Part shown: piece by piece, positions 1-12,300 of the stretch
Layout of the letters: the number at the start of each line of letters is the position of its first letter
How positions within the stretch are numbered: the stretch's first letter is position 1
Assembly: GCA_964019335.1 (NCBI GenBank)
Contig: OZ025763.1
Coordinates: forward strand, 1 to 64,000
DNA from: Diplonema japonicum
Lineage: Eukaryota > Protista > Euglenozoa: Diplonemea
Direction: 5' to 3'
DNA length: 64,000 bases
Position numbers and translations under genes: made by a program
Notes under the pieces: model-generated
The model's input: only the letters and a program-made list of their open reading frames with translations
Database searches by the model: none
What the model was told of the DNA's origin: nothing

Positions 1-672
1 AAAAAAAAAAAAAAAACACATTCTTGTGAAACTGGTAGGGGCAATACTCGTTTTTTTTTCTTTTTTTTTTCTTTTTGACAACTTGTGTCAAATACAGCAC
101 AAGTAACCCGCAACCCTGAGACGGAGAAAGGGTTTAATTCTCTCGCGCGGTAGCATTTTGTCCCGCACCTTTTTTTTTTCCTTTATCACTCCCCTTCCCC
201 CCAGGGAAAACCGAGTAAGAAGGGTGCAACGACGAATCTACATACCCTTCTTCTTCTTTTTTTCTTTCTTTCTTTTTTTTTTTTTACCCACCCCACTCTT
301 GTATCCCTTTCCTCTGTCCTCTCCTGTTGGCTCCCCCCTCCCCCCCTTTTTTTTTAAAAGGCAATTATTTTCCCAGGGTAATATTGCAATTTTTTTTTTT
401 TTATTTTTTTTTTAAATACCAACAGGGACAGGCAGAGGATATGGAACAATAGCAGTCTTGGGAAGTTGGGTCTCGAGACTCATCCAACCAGAGACAAAAA
501 AAAAAAAAAAAAAAAAAAGAGGAACACAATGTGTCGCCAGTGCAATGGGGACGCGTTCGGTTTCCTTTTTTCCCACCCTTTTTTTTCTCTCTTCTACTTT
601 CTTATGTGTGGGGTTTTTCTTCTTCTGAATCACTCTGAGTTCCCCCAAAGCAAAGAAACAATTACCTGTTGC

Positions 673-703
<31 letters not shown>

Positions 704-1307
704 GTTTCTTTTTTTTCCTCCCAACTTGTTTTGGTTAAGAATGCGTAAAAAGAAATACCCCCCCCCCCCCCTCCCCCTCCCCGAAGAAGAAAAAAAAGAG
801 GAAGAAAATGTGGAATGGTCACCCCCCCCCTTTTATTTATTTTTTTCTCTCTCTATTTCCCCCCCCCCCCTATTTCCTAAAAGAAAAAAACGCAATATTT
901 TTTTCCCTTTCCTTGAAATAAAGTACAGAATTATATAAATTAAAAAAAAAAACAATAATAAAATACTATTAAAAAACGAAGAAGAAAATTTTAAAAAAAA
1001 ATACACAAATAAGAGATTCTTCAAGCCCAAGACAAGTATTTTCACACACCCCCCTTCGAGGTGCGGTAAATCTTCTTGGAAGCATTGTTATTGCACTTTT
1101 TTTTTAATCTTTTTTTTGCTACAGAAAGAAGAAGAAGGAAAACAAAAGAACACAGACAGGATAGGATTTTTCTGTGTTCACCCTCAAGTACAACTGCAAT
1201 GAAAGTAGTACCGTCGGCCGAAAAAAAAAAAAAAAATGCAAACAATTCCTTCCTATTTATGATATTTCATACATCTACCTATTCTTGTTTTTTTTTTTTT
1301 TTTTTTG

Positions 1308-1340
<33 letters not shown>

Positions 1341-2737
1341 AGAAGGGGAATATCAGAGGAAAAAAAGAAGAAACAAAGAAAAGAAAATAGAGATAGAAAT
1401 AGAAAATACTGTAAAAACTCTCTCATCTTATAATAATAACTATTTTTTTTTGTCTTGAAAAGAAAGAAGGGAATAAAAAGAAAAGAGAAAATTGCAGTAT
1501 TAAAAAAAAATGAGAAAAAAAAAAGAAGAAGAAAGAAAAAGCCATACACACAAATACCACTTCCCTCTCCGTCTTCTTTCTTTTTTTAAAGGGGGGGTAA
1601 AAAGAAAAAAAAGTTAAAATGTGGACCCAAAGGAGAAGCCCTCCTTCCTCTGCCTTTCTTCTTTATACTTATTATTTTCTAACCTGAAAATTTTGAGGAA
1701 ACAAAAAAAGAAGAAACAAACGGAGACAGGGAAAAGGGGTTTTTTTAAGGGGGGGTATCCACATTGTTTTTCCCCCTACATTCTTGCCTCTTGTCTTTTC
1801 CCTGCCCTTTCACTCCCCCCCTTCCCCCTTTCCCCCCCCTCCTCCTTTATGAATCAGTTCGTCGCGTTGTACCTAGCGGCTTTATTTTCTATTCTCAGGG
1901 CACACCTAGAGGTTAAAAATTGGAGAACTTCTGAACAACCGAGATGGGGGTTTTTTTTTTCTTGGCACCCTTTAGAATAATTTTAAACCGTTCATATAAG
2001 AGGGGGGAAAAGGGAGGGGCAGGAGAGGGGGGGGGGGGGACAAAAGTTCATTTTCATGCGATTTACAAAGGCACTCCCTCCCTCTCCCTTATGGTATCGT
2101 GGATTTTATCTTTTTTGTGTGGATTGTTGTTTCTTGCCCTCTTCCCACACCACCTCATCTTGTTACACCTCCCCCCCCCCCCCCCCCCCGCTCCTTATTG
2201 ATTGATTTATTTATTTACCTCTTCAACTCTCCCTTCCCCGCCCTTCTCATGGATAGCGCGTTATATTACGTTATTTCTTTCCCCCCCCCCTTTTTTTTGC
2301 TCCCTTTTTTTTAAGGGGGAACCCTTGTCAATTTAAGCCTGTTGCACACGCGCTGCTCTGCTATCCCTCCCCCCCACCATTGCTTGCAGAGGCCACATGT
2401 CGAATTTCAAACACAGGCTTGGGCAGTGCCCTGTTCACCTGACGTACTAGCCATTAATAGGAGTATCGCTCACCCACCCCCCCACTCCTCCCTTTTTTTT
2501 TTTTTTCATTTCTCAATATTGCGGTTTTTTTTTAAGAAAAAAAAAATAAAATAACGTTTGTTGGCGCGGTATCTATTCTTTTTTTTCTTTCTCTTTTCTC
2601 TTTTTCTCTTTTTCTCCTTTTTTTTTTTCCTTTTTTTTTTTCTCCTCCCCCTAACTTTTTTTTTTCTTTTATTCTCTTTTTCTTTTGTGTCTTTTGCCCC
2701 CCCCCAAAAAAAAAGCGTGGGCAAATAAAATAAAAAA

Positions 2738-3598
2738 ATGCGACGATCGACTGCGCTGCAGTGCAAGGTGCGAAAATTGAAAATATGGCCGACCGAGGTG
2801 GATCCCTTTGATAGGGTCTCCCCGATGCGATTCGAGGGGGAGATGAAGCGGGAGATCTACGACATCATGAAATGGAAGGACCCCAAAATCGCTGCGAAAA
2901 CGGGCTCGGATGAGAACACAGAACCGGCATACGACATCCCTGAAGCGGTGTCACCCAAGAAACTGGGCTTTTCCGACATAGGGAGGGTATATCGGTTAAG
3001 CGATGCAGACATGAAAGGTTTTTTCCAGGAAGGTTTCTGCGGGCAAATTGTGAAGGCGTTCGCCCCCCCACTCCAGCCACGGTGCTTCTTGTACAGAAAA
3101 CAAGCCCATCTAATGAACAAATACCTTGAAAAAATGGAATTTTGGGATGAGAAACAATCCGCACTTTCCGAGCTCCGTGACAACAAATCTGGATTCGTCT
3201 TTGATGGCCCTCACGGGTGTGGAAAATCTGCATTGTTGAACCAAGTTGTTCATTTCTCGCGGGCAAGGGGCTACCTTACACTGTTTATTCCTGATGCGTC
3301 GGAATGGACCTCCGGGAGTTTTGTTGTTCCATCCACCACTCTGCCTGGATTTTTCGACAATCCCAATGAAATGCTCTTCGTCCTTAAATATTTCTGCAGG
3401 ATCGATGCGAACAGAAAGATCCTGGAAAAGCGGAAGCTTTCCCGAAAGTACTCGCTCCCGAAGCAGGGCGGCCACACCAACATGGAAACCGTGTGGGACC
3501 TGCTGCACTATGCCTTCGACGATGTGGAAACAACCCCTGTGGTCTTCAAATTCTTCATGGACGAACTGATAGCGATAAAAGAGTATGGAGGGAGGGAA

Positions 3599-3635
<37 letters not shown>

Positions 3636-4012
3636 AGTATTCCCGTGATCATTGTTGTGGATTCCTTCGATGCCCTGTGCAAGGACACGGAATATTATGA
3701 GATGCACGAGGATGTGTTGAGGGACTTGCCGGAAAATTCGTTCGACTCCAAGGTTTTTTAAAAAAAGAAAAAAAAAAAGAAAGAAAAAAAAAAAAAAAAA
3801 AAGGTTCTTCCCAAAACGCGGATCCATGCGTCGCGCTTGTCGTTGACCCGGGCTTTGAATTTCATGATGATGGCGGCCGAACCGAATAAGTTGGTGGTTG
3901 GGGCAACGTGCAGGCAGGTGAGCGGTGATCGGCAACAATCAGAACATGATTTTGCCCCGTTTGACCCGAAGGAAGATACGCTGTTGCATACTATGGAGGT
4001 GTGTAAGGGAAA

Positions 4013-4051
<39 letters not shown>

Positions 4052-4422
4052 AGATGCCTGCAGCATACGACGACTACGAAGCACGGACTATGCTAAGGTG
4101 TTATCTGGAGACCATGGAAGGCTCCGATCCGGAAGGAACTCCATTGGTACGTAAAAAAAAAGGGGGAGAAAAAAAAAAAATACAACAGGACGGAGGTTGG
4201 AGTTTCCGGAGGCTCGAGCTCCCCTCCTTCGAGAGGATGCTTTACAAAATTAAATTCATCACCAACAACAACCCGTACTTGGTCTGGCAACAGAGTGAGA
4301 TGAAACAATATTGGACCGCGGAATATGAGAGACAGCGGCAAATGCTCGCGAGAAAGAAGGCTGCAGTGCTCAACTCCATGGACTCACACTCGGTTAGATC
4401 CCGGCGTGCATCCTCATCATAA
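2738..4422 (+). CDS. DAP3: Mitochondrial ribosomal protein mS29/DAP3-like, 5 exons
   Basis: P-loop DGPHGCGKS followed by 'QVVHFSRARGYLTLFIPDA..W'. After splicing, the Walker-B-like 'IPVIIVVDSFDAL' and C-terminal 'FITNNNPY' are in one frame. GT-AG introns at 3583-3637, 3753-3803, 3999-4053 and 4147-4188 give a continuous ORF to TAA 4422. Confidence 0.8.
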
Positions 4423-4554
4423 TCCACTTTTTTTCTTTTTTCTTTTTTGGTAAGTGTACCAGTGTGGTCTTTTTTTTTTCTTTTTTTTTTTTTTTGTCTC
4501 CGCAAACCCTCACCCCCACCCCTTTTTTTTTTTCAGACACAAAAAAAAAAAAAA

Positions 4555-5718
4555 ATGAGTAAAGCGTTTACAGTTCAAGGAACCTCATACATGAGGCATC
4601 ACATAGTGGCCGCAGTCTTGGCAGGGCGTTCGATTGTTTTCGACAACATCAGACCAGAGGGGGAGGAGGTTGGGTTGAAGGAGTACGAGGTGAGCTTCCT
4701 GAAGCTCCTGGACCTGGTGACAAACGGGACAAAAATGGAAATAAACGAAACAGGCACCAGGTTAAAAATAAAACCAGGAGTGATCACAGGGGGTAAGGTA
4801 ACCCACCAGTGCAGCCTCACCCGCGGCGTGGGATACTACATTGAACCCCTGGCACTCCTAGCTCCATTTTCAAAGAAAGACATGGAAGTTACTTTACAAG
4901 GTGTCACAAATAATCAGTTGGACATTGGGGTTGACACATTGAGAACTGTGACGATACCTCTTTTCAGAAAATTCGGGGTGGAGGCAGCCATCAGAATTAA
5001 AAAAAGAGGAACCGATCCTAACGGGGGTGGCGAGGTCATCTTCAGCTCGCAGACCGTGCGAAAAATTCAAACCATCGACCTCACCACACGGGGCAAGATA
5101 AAAAGAGTTCGAGGAGTAGGGTTCACATGCAGGACATCACCCGATTTAGTTAACCGAGCTATATCAACAGCAAAGGGGCTGCTGCTGAAACTCCTGCCTG
5201 ATGTGTTTATTGCGGCTGATCACTTTTCGGGAGAAGATGCAGGGAAGTCGCCAGGTTACGGGCTGACCCTTGTCGCAGAAAGCAATTCTGAGGATTGCGT
5301 GGGGCTTTCAGAAGAACTTGCCTGCGACATCACCGCAATGCAGAAACAAGTTACCGCCGAAGAAATAGGTACTGCCGCGGCGAAGCTTCTCTTGGACCAG
5401 GTGAAGAGGGGTGGGTGTGTGGACTCCCACCACCAAGCAACGGCGCTGTTGCTCATGGCAGTGTCTCCAGAGGAGATCTCACGGGTGCGGTTCGGGCAGC
5501 TGACCCCGGCGGGGGAAAAATGCATCGAAATATGCCGAGAATTGCTTTCCGTTACTTTTACCAGCAAGGTTTGTGTGGATGGAGGAAGAAAAGAAAAAAA
5601 AAAAAAAAAAAAAAAAAAAAACCCACAAAAGGTTGACAACACCTACACATATTCACCGACTACCGTGTACTCTTGCGTGGGCTGCTCTCTCACCAATGTT
5701 TCCAAAAAAAGTGCCTAG
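4555..5718 (+). CDS. RCL1: RNA 3'-terminal phosphate cyclase-like protein RCL1, 2 exons
   Basis: Motifs 'GLKEYEVSFLKLLDLVTNGT', 'RGVGYYIEPL', 'KRG..P.GGGEV', 'GKSPGYGLTLVAES' and 'GGCVDSHHQ'. ATG 4555 follows an A-run; in-frame A-rich intron at 5569-5631. Confidence 0.9.
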   Translation: MSKAFTVQGTSYMRHHIVAAVLAGRSIVFDNIRPEGEEVGLKEYEVSFLKLLDLVTNGTKMEINETGTRLKIKPGVITGGKVTHQCSLTRGVGYYIEPLALLAPFSKKDMEVTLQGVTNNQLDIGVDTLRTVTIPLFRKFGVEAAIRIKKRGTDPNGGGEVIFSSQTVRKIQTIDLTTRGKIKRVRGVGFTCRTSPDLVNRAISTAKGLLLKLLPDVFIAADHFSGEDAGKSPGYGLTLVAESNSEDCVGLSEELACDITAMQKQVTAEEIGTAAAKLLLDQVKRGGCVDSHHQATALLLMAVSPEEISRVRFGQLTPAGEKCIEICRELLSVTFTSKVCVDGGRKEKKKKKKKKNPQKVDNTYTYSPTTVYSCVGCSLTNVSKKSA

Positions 5719-5719
5719 G

Positions 5720-5757
<38 letters not shown>

Positions 5758-5990
5758 ACAAGAAGAAAAAAAAAAAATCATCAAAAAAAAGGAGGGAGGA
5801 GGGGGGGGGAATCAAAAAAAAAATTGCGTTTTTTTTTTTCTTCTCCTGTTTTATTATATCCCCCCCCCCCCCTTTATCACCTGTTTTTTTTTTGTTTGTT
5901 TGTACCTTCTGCCTGGGAGGGGGAGGGCTCAACACATACGCACAGGTCCGTTTTTTTCCACCTTTATAAAACACTGTATCTCGTTTTTTA

Positions 5991-6707
5991 ATGAGCAGCG
6001 AAGGTTTACTGGACCCAAGCACGCCTTATGCAGGGATTCAACGGCAACTAAGGGGCCTCGAAGCCGCGGTGGCGATGGAGAGAGAAGCAAGCAGCATGAG
6101 TGAAGAAGACTATGGAGAAAGCATAGGAAGGGAGAGGCAGTTCAACCAGAACTGTGCCCTGTGGGCAAAAATGGAAGAGGTTGTGGTACGGGTGAAGTGG
6201 ATAGAGGAGGACGTTGTTGGAAGACTAGAGATGTTGGAAAGAAAAGTAAATGGATTGCAGAGGGTCCCACCGCCACCACAAGTTCCTGACACACCTGAAA
6301 TTTCATCCCAAGAAGGGACTAGTTCGGGGACGGGGACGGGGACAGGGACGGGGACTAGTAGTAACACAGTATTGCTGGAGAAAGCGCGAAAGGTTTTACA
6401 GGAGACAGCAGCCCCCCCTCGGGAAGGTGCTTCTTTGCTAGAGGAGTGCCGTGCGCTTGCTTGTGATTTGAAATCCCAGCTTCCTTCCCGTACCCCTGCC
6501 TTCACTCAGCGGGCGAAGGACGACCTCCTCCAGGTGCAGCGTCTTGCGAACGCGGCAAAACTGTCACAAACCCCCGCCTCCCGTGCGCAAAGCTACGCCT
6601 TAGCGCAAGACCTCGTCGCAAGGGTCCGTACGATGCTGCAAGCAGACGAACCAGATACACCCTCCGATCGAACACACACACCCTCTCCCTCCAGGGGGAT
6701 CACTTGA
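5991..6707 (+). CDS. Hypothetical protein (238 aa, coiled-coil-like, GT-repeat linker)
   Basis: Clean ATG ORF with coding-like composition between homopolymer-rich spacers; no family recognised. Confidence 0.6.
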   Translation: MSSEGLLDPSTPYAGIQRQLRGLEAAVAMEREASSMSEEDYGESIGRERQFNQNCALWAKMEEVVVRVKWIEEDVVGRLEMLERKVNGLQRVPPPPQVPDTPEISSQEGTSSGTGTGTGTGTSSNTVLLEKARKVLQETAAPPREGASLLEECRALACDLKSQLPSRTPAFTQRAKDDLLQVQRLANAAKLSQTPASRAQSYALAQDLVARVRTMLQADEPDTPSDRTHTPSPSRGIT

Positions 6708-6737
6708 TTTTTAAAGGGAAAAAAAAAAAAAAAAAAA

Positions 6738-8423
6738 CGCTCCATATTCGCTAAGTGACCCGCCCTATGTCCCAAAGGGGTTATAGGGGGCTATAGGGGA
6801 AAAAATGTCAAAAATGCCCAAAGGTTCACTGAATTTTTTTTCAAAAAATCCATATGTCGAACATGAAAGAACGGTGAGTTCCAAGGAAGTTCCAAAAGAT
6901 TTTTCCAAAAAAAAAATATTGGGGGCCAACCAAAATGACCTTGGAAGTCGCCATTTGGGTTTTGGCCATTTTTGCCAAACTTTTGCAACTGGGCACTTTT
7001 CCCTTTGAAAAACATGGTCAACAGGGTTCGATCCCAGAAGCCAGCATCTTTCCTGACCAGTAGTTCAGCCGAAAATATTTGGCGAGGCGTAGTAGTCTAG
7101 TTGGGGGCTTTGCCCTGTACCTATTGCCTTTGGGGCAGAAGTTATTCTGCTTAGAAGGTACTTATGTGGGAGTTACACCGATCACCGGTCACGTTTGCGT
7201 TGGAAGATCCTTGACCCGCGTGCGCCTGGTCCGACGACCAGCCTGACGATGGAACGGAGACAGACTATGAAACAAGCAGTGACGACGACCGGAGAATACT
7301 TCCTACTCCTGAGAGTACACGGGCAACTCGAAGGGAAAGACCAAAGCAAGCCCTTCCAGCCAGCAGAGAGCCTCAGACAACGAGGACTCCAGATGGACAG
7401 GATCGCGATAGCGGAGTACAGCCACAAGGAGCTCCACTACCGGGTCCACTACACAAAAGAGGGCAAGAAGTGAGATCTCAGAGCAGACGGAGTAAGTGCC
7501 ATATGCAGGCAAAACAAAGGATGGCACCCCAGCCTCATCTTGTACAAGAAGCACAAGACCGAGGAAGCAGAGGAGGCCACCCGAGGCACAACAGAGGACA
7601 TGGACAACCTCCCCAACGCAGCAGCAACAACAGTAACAGCAGCAGGAGCAGCAGCAAAGACAGTAGCGACAACAGAAAGTAAAGAAGAAGACATCAGTAC
7701 CTCCCCCTTCCTCCTCCTCCCTTCCTGCTGTTCTACTTCGGGTGGATCAAGCGTCTGAAGAAACAACAGATTTTTCTGGTGACCCCTACTCTTCAGTGTA
7801 CTAGTTTCTTTTCATCATTATTCTGTGTTGGTCACCGATCACACCAACACCGGCTGAGGAAGATGCAGTACAACTTGGGAAATGGTGGCAAAACGAGACC
7901 GGCTTCTCCAGGACAAGAGAATGCTAGAAACGCACCCCTGAAACAGATAACGGAAGGAAACGCTCATGCACACCACCTGAGTGGTAGGAGCTGAAGAAGC
8001 ACGTGAGCGGGAGCCTGATGATGAAGCACGGTGAAGACATTATCAAGTAGCTCAGGAAGCTGAAGTAGTACGACGGACCGAGGAAGACGAGTCACCGGAA
8101 TGGGACTCGTACTAGACTTCGAGAACAGGGAAAGGGGTAGATAAGTAGACAAGGACGTTCCAGAACAGGAACCTCCTTTATCTCATCTCTTATTCTGTGG
8201 TTATTTCATCACAGTGTTGATGGGCTGAGGCACGTCGTGAGTGTGTATCGCGGGGGATATCTGGTGGAAAGAAGGGGACCTACTCCACTCACTATGCCGG
8301 ATGCCTTAGTAAAGATGGGGGGTCAGAGTTTTGAGATTTTGGGCTAGCCTGCAAAAGCAATTAGAAATTTTTTTAGCTCTTCAAAATGCGGGTTCTGGTG
8401 GGTCACTTAGCGAATATAGAGCG
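6738..8423. mobile_element. Non-autonomous TIR DNA element carrying a nested retro-derived insert
   Basis: 27-bp inverted repeats CGCTCCATATTCGCTAAGTGACCCGCC (6738-6764) and GGTGGGTCACTTAGCGAATATAGAGCG (8397-8423), 25/27 complementary, with A-runs on both flanks. Confidence 0.7.
7021..8195 (+). mobile_element. Degenerate retroelement-derived insert
   Basis: Its 3' part (8130-8183, GAAAGGGGTAGATAAGTAGA..GACGTTCC..ACAGGAACCTCCTTTATC) nearly matches the 3' end of the RT-related remnant at ~46551-46609. Contains broken ORFs; the 5' boundary is approximate. Confidence 0.5.
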
Positions 8424-8545
8424 AAAAAAATAAAAAAAGCTAGACCTAGAATCCCCAAGTTCCCCCTCCCATATATATATTTTTTTTTATTCCCCGGGAA
8501 AAAAAAAAAAATGAACCCTCCAAAAAAAAAAAAAAAAAAACAAGG

Positions 8546-9295
8546 ATGCCAGCAGATGTCAGCGTGATCCCTCTGTGGACCACTTCGTACAGGTGGTATT
8601 TCATCGGGGCTGGGGTGCTGCTGGTTGGGGTGTGTCTGGGGTTAGGGGCGGAAGGCAGGTACTTGTCGTGGGGGGTGGGGCTCGGGGTGTGCTTGATAGG
8701 GACGGGGATCGGGGCGGGGATAGCAGGAAAGACAGAAATGGCGGAGGACGAACACCAACAGCAGCAACAACAACAACAAAAACAACAGCCGACACACCAC
8801 ATCTGCTACAGCAACGCGACCGACGAAATAGTTAATGTGACCCCCGTGATGAGGGCAACAGCTGCTGTGCATGAAGACGAGGATCAGCGCCAGATGCGAG
8901 AACTGGACGAGCTGAAGGCACTGTCGATGATGAGCCCCTTGAAGCAGCGCATGAGAGCAGACAAAGAGAACAGCACCCCAAGAACCCCTAGCAGGCTCAT
9001 GACATTGCTCCACAACCTCGACGCAGCGGCCGATCACAACGAAGAGCTTCTATCGAAAGTAGTTAAACTGGTCCAGATCTCCGGGCCATGGACACGCTCC
9101 CTCGGCGAACCCGGTACAGCACCAGGCAGCGCAGCATCGCCAAGCCGTGATCGATGCATCAGAACACCTACACCCACCAGAGAGCTTAATTACAGCAACT
9201 ATACTTCTCATCACCCGCATCCAGCATCGAGAATCTCACCCCGAAGGCCAAGGAAGACGGGGCTCGGGGTGCACTATGCTTATCCTAATGAGTGA
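8546..9295 (+). CDS. Hypothetical membrane protein (two N-terminal Gly-rich TM segments, poly-Gln)
   Basis: 249-aa ATG ORF with hydrophobic stretches 'YFIGAGVLLVGVCLGLG' and 'WGVGLGVCLIGTGIGAGIAG'. Confidence 0.55.
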   Translation: MPADVSVIPLWTTSYRWYFIGAGVLLVGVCLGLGAEGRYLSWGVGLGVCLIGTGIGAGIAGKTEMAEDEHQQQQQQQQKQQPTHHICYSNATDEIVNVTPVMRATAAVHEDEDQRQMRELDELKALSMMSPLKQRMRADKENSTPRTPSRLMTLLHNLDAAADHNEELLSKVVKLVQISGPWTRSLGEPGTAPGSAASPSRDRCIRTPTPTRELNYSNYTSHHPHPASRISPRRPRKTGLGVHYAYPNE

Positions 9296-9300
9296 AATGA

Positions 9301-9329
<29 letters not shown>

Positions 9330-9331
<2 letters not shown>

Positions 9332-12300
9332 AAGAAGAAGATACGAGCAGGACAAGACAGGATATCGCGACTGCAGGAGGAAGGAGGCTGCGGAGTGATG
9401 TCGACAGAGACCCGTAACTTGTTGAGGAACATCTCAAAGCTAGGAGGAGAGCTGGGGATAGAACACTGCCGTGTGGACGACGCAGAGAGCGTAGACGTGA
9501 TCCAGGAGGACCTAGAAGTGGCTGAATGCTTCACCGAGGGAGAGCTTGCTGACCTGATAACGAGCAGGAAAAGAGCACAAACGCGTGCCTACGAACGTTC
9601 GATCCGCACAAACTTCGCGAAGGAGAGAAGGCACGTGACGGCCTGGATGAATAACAGCACCAAGCAAGGGACACAAACAGTGGATGCAGCAGACGGGGGA
9701 GTGACGGCCAACCTGAAGAAGATGGACAAAGTGATGCGGACGGCGTGGTCGGACATCTTCTGCGCACGAACACCAGAAGACGAGCCGCAGTTCGACGAGT
9801 TCCAGAGACGGTACGGTGAGCACATCAAGAGCAACCCGATGGCACACGCCCCCATCGACGCCAAGCTGCTGAAAGAGGTGATCGGTAAGAAAGCGGACAA
9901 GGGGGCATGCGGCGTGGACGGCTGGCGGATTGGTGAGTTGAAGCGCCTGCCGGCTCCGATCCTACAAGCGTTTGCGGACCTCTTCAACTTGATAGAGGAG
10001 ACGGGCGAATGGCCGATGCAGGTCACGACGGCACTCGTATCCCTCATCCCAAAGGGGGAAGGAACGGCACCTCTGGATCACCGACCGATCACAGTGACCA
10101 GTACCATTTACCGGCTGTGGGCAAGTGCACGACTGGTGCAGGTACTGAAATGGCAGGAGAGGTGGATCACACCACGACAACATGGTTTCAGGCCTAAACA
10201 CAGCACGACCTCGGCGCTGATTGACTTATGCACGAAGCTAGAACTGGCACTGGTGGAGGACGAGCCGCTAGAAGGACTTGCATTGGACTTCAGGAAGTGC
10301 TTCGACCTGGTCCCGCAACAATTGTCGCACGAACTGATGCTGGCCCTGGGACTAGACCCAGCAATCGCACGAGCACTCCAAGGAATGTACGGGCAAATCT
10401 CGAGGAGATTCAAGTTCCCCATAGGAATAGGGGCCACCTTTAAAGCAACGAATGGGATACTCCAGGGGTGCCCGCTGTCGGTGATCATTATAAACGCCTT
10501 ACTGGCGGTGATGATCAGGACAATCGAGAAGGAAGCACCTGGAACGGAGGTTCTGTCCTATGCAGATGACACGTACCTTCTGGCAGAGTTGGAGAAGACC
10601 TTGCAGGCTGCGGTAAACGGAACTTTGGAGTTCTGCGGACTCACTGGGATGAAGCTTAACCCGGAGAAAACGGTAGCGTTTGGCACGAAGAAGGGCTTCC
10701 GGTCAAAAGTGCTGGGTGATAGGACAGTAACACAGAAAGGGAGAGAGGTCGCAGTCCCCTATAGAACAGTGACGTCGTTCAAGGCACTGGGCGTGATGGT
10801 GTTCACGAACAGGACAGGAACGACGTGGAACGAGCCAGCGACGGAAGCGGCCAACAAGCTAGACCGGCTGGGAGGGACAAGCCTGTCCTTCGAAACAAAA
10901 GGATACCTGATTGGAACATCGGTCTTGCCGTCGTGCCTCTACAGCAGCCCGTTCTCCCCTCCGAGTGATGAGGCGCTGAAGAAGCTAACAACGAGAGTGA
11001 CCTGCAACCTATGGGGGCCTCACTTCCGAGGACGATCGCCTGCAGCGGTGAATACGGTTTTGCTGAAAGGACACATCAATGACCCGTTGTCCTACGTCAT
11101 CTGTCACTCGCTAAAAGTGATATCGAGCGCGCTGGAAAGGACAGGTCTTGGACAGAGAGTGCGACAAATAGTGCAGAGGTACGGCTCACAGAGGACCCCC
11201 TTGGGACCGGTGGGGAATCTGATATGCAGGTGGATGCCGAGAATCGGATGGGACTGGGAGAAGATGGAAATAGCCACAGAACTTGAGTGGCCCAAGCGAG
11301 GAAGCGCCTTCAGGGCGGCTGTAAGGGCAGCCAGGAGTGCGACACTAGCAACGGAACGGAAGACGGTCAGCGGACTCGGGGAAGGAGCAGATCCCAAAAC
11401 GAATGACCTCTGGAGGACAGCTAAAGATCGCCATCTAGCTTTCTGTATCAAGAGGGTAATTGCGGGAGGGATCCCCTACCTAAGTCCGTATGCCAGAGCA
11501 GGACCAAAGTGTGTACCCCCCACGAAGGAGGACGACGAGTCCGAGGGACGGAGCGAAGAAGAGGAAGATCAAGACGAGCCAGCGGCGCATGAAGGACAAG
11601 ACGAGTCGGGATTTGAATGTGACCTCTGCCCGACCAAGCATGCGGACACAGTAACACTGCTACGCCACCAGCTGTACGAGTGCCCGCCAGCACGAGAGGA
11701 GCTGATACGGGAGGAGATGGAACCACTGCGCGACAGGACGGGATGGCCGCTCTGCCTCGAGCTGCATGCCATCCTACCAAGGGGGAACGGGTTCGAACAC
11801 CTGGAGAAGCTGCAGCGATACCTGGCAATGGTGGTGGAAAAGCGGGACGAAGGGCTGATGCAGGCAGAAGGCGGCAACAAGAAGCTACCATGGGAGCGGG
11901 AAGTGACAGGCAAAGTGACCCCGGTACCGACGACAGCACAGCTGGGGACAGTGGTGGGACTGCTGGAGCAATTCGGGGAACCACTACTGGAATGGATGGG
12001 AAAGCTGCGATGGGTGGAGGGCGACACCGACTCGGAGGTTTCGGCAGCTGAACTTGCACTCGACTTTGAGGAGACAACCGGAAAGTCACTGGGAGTCTAC
12101 AACATGCAGAGGAAGGCACGCAGAATCAAGCTGTTGGTGGAGAGAGCCAACGCAGTGTGCAGAACGAGACGGATAAGACGCCCCTTCCCTGCGGACGGGG
12201 CAAAGAGGGTCAAGTCGCTCACAGCGATCGGAGGCAAGGCTGCAATAGGCTTTAACAGGAGACCGATCTTCGCATCAAGACAGACAGCGCAAAAGCTACA

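Noticed and set aside
1-2737. Many short poly-Phe/poly-Lys ORFs here and in other intergenic stretches (e.g. 24130-26340, 37000-38800, 52300-57100)
   Set aside because: They are translations of homopolymer tracts with no coding signal.
7024-7036. tRNA gene suggested by GGGTTCGATCCC
   Set aside because: No cloverleaf or A-box can be built around it.
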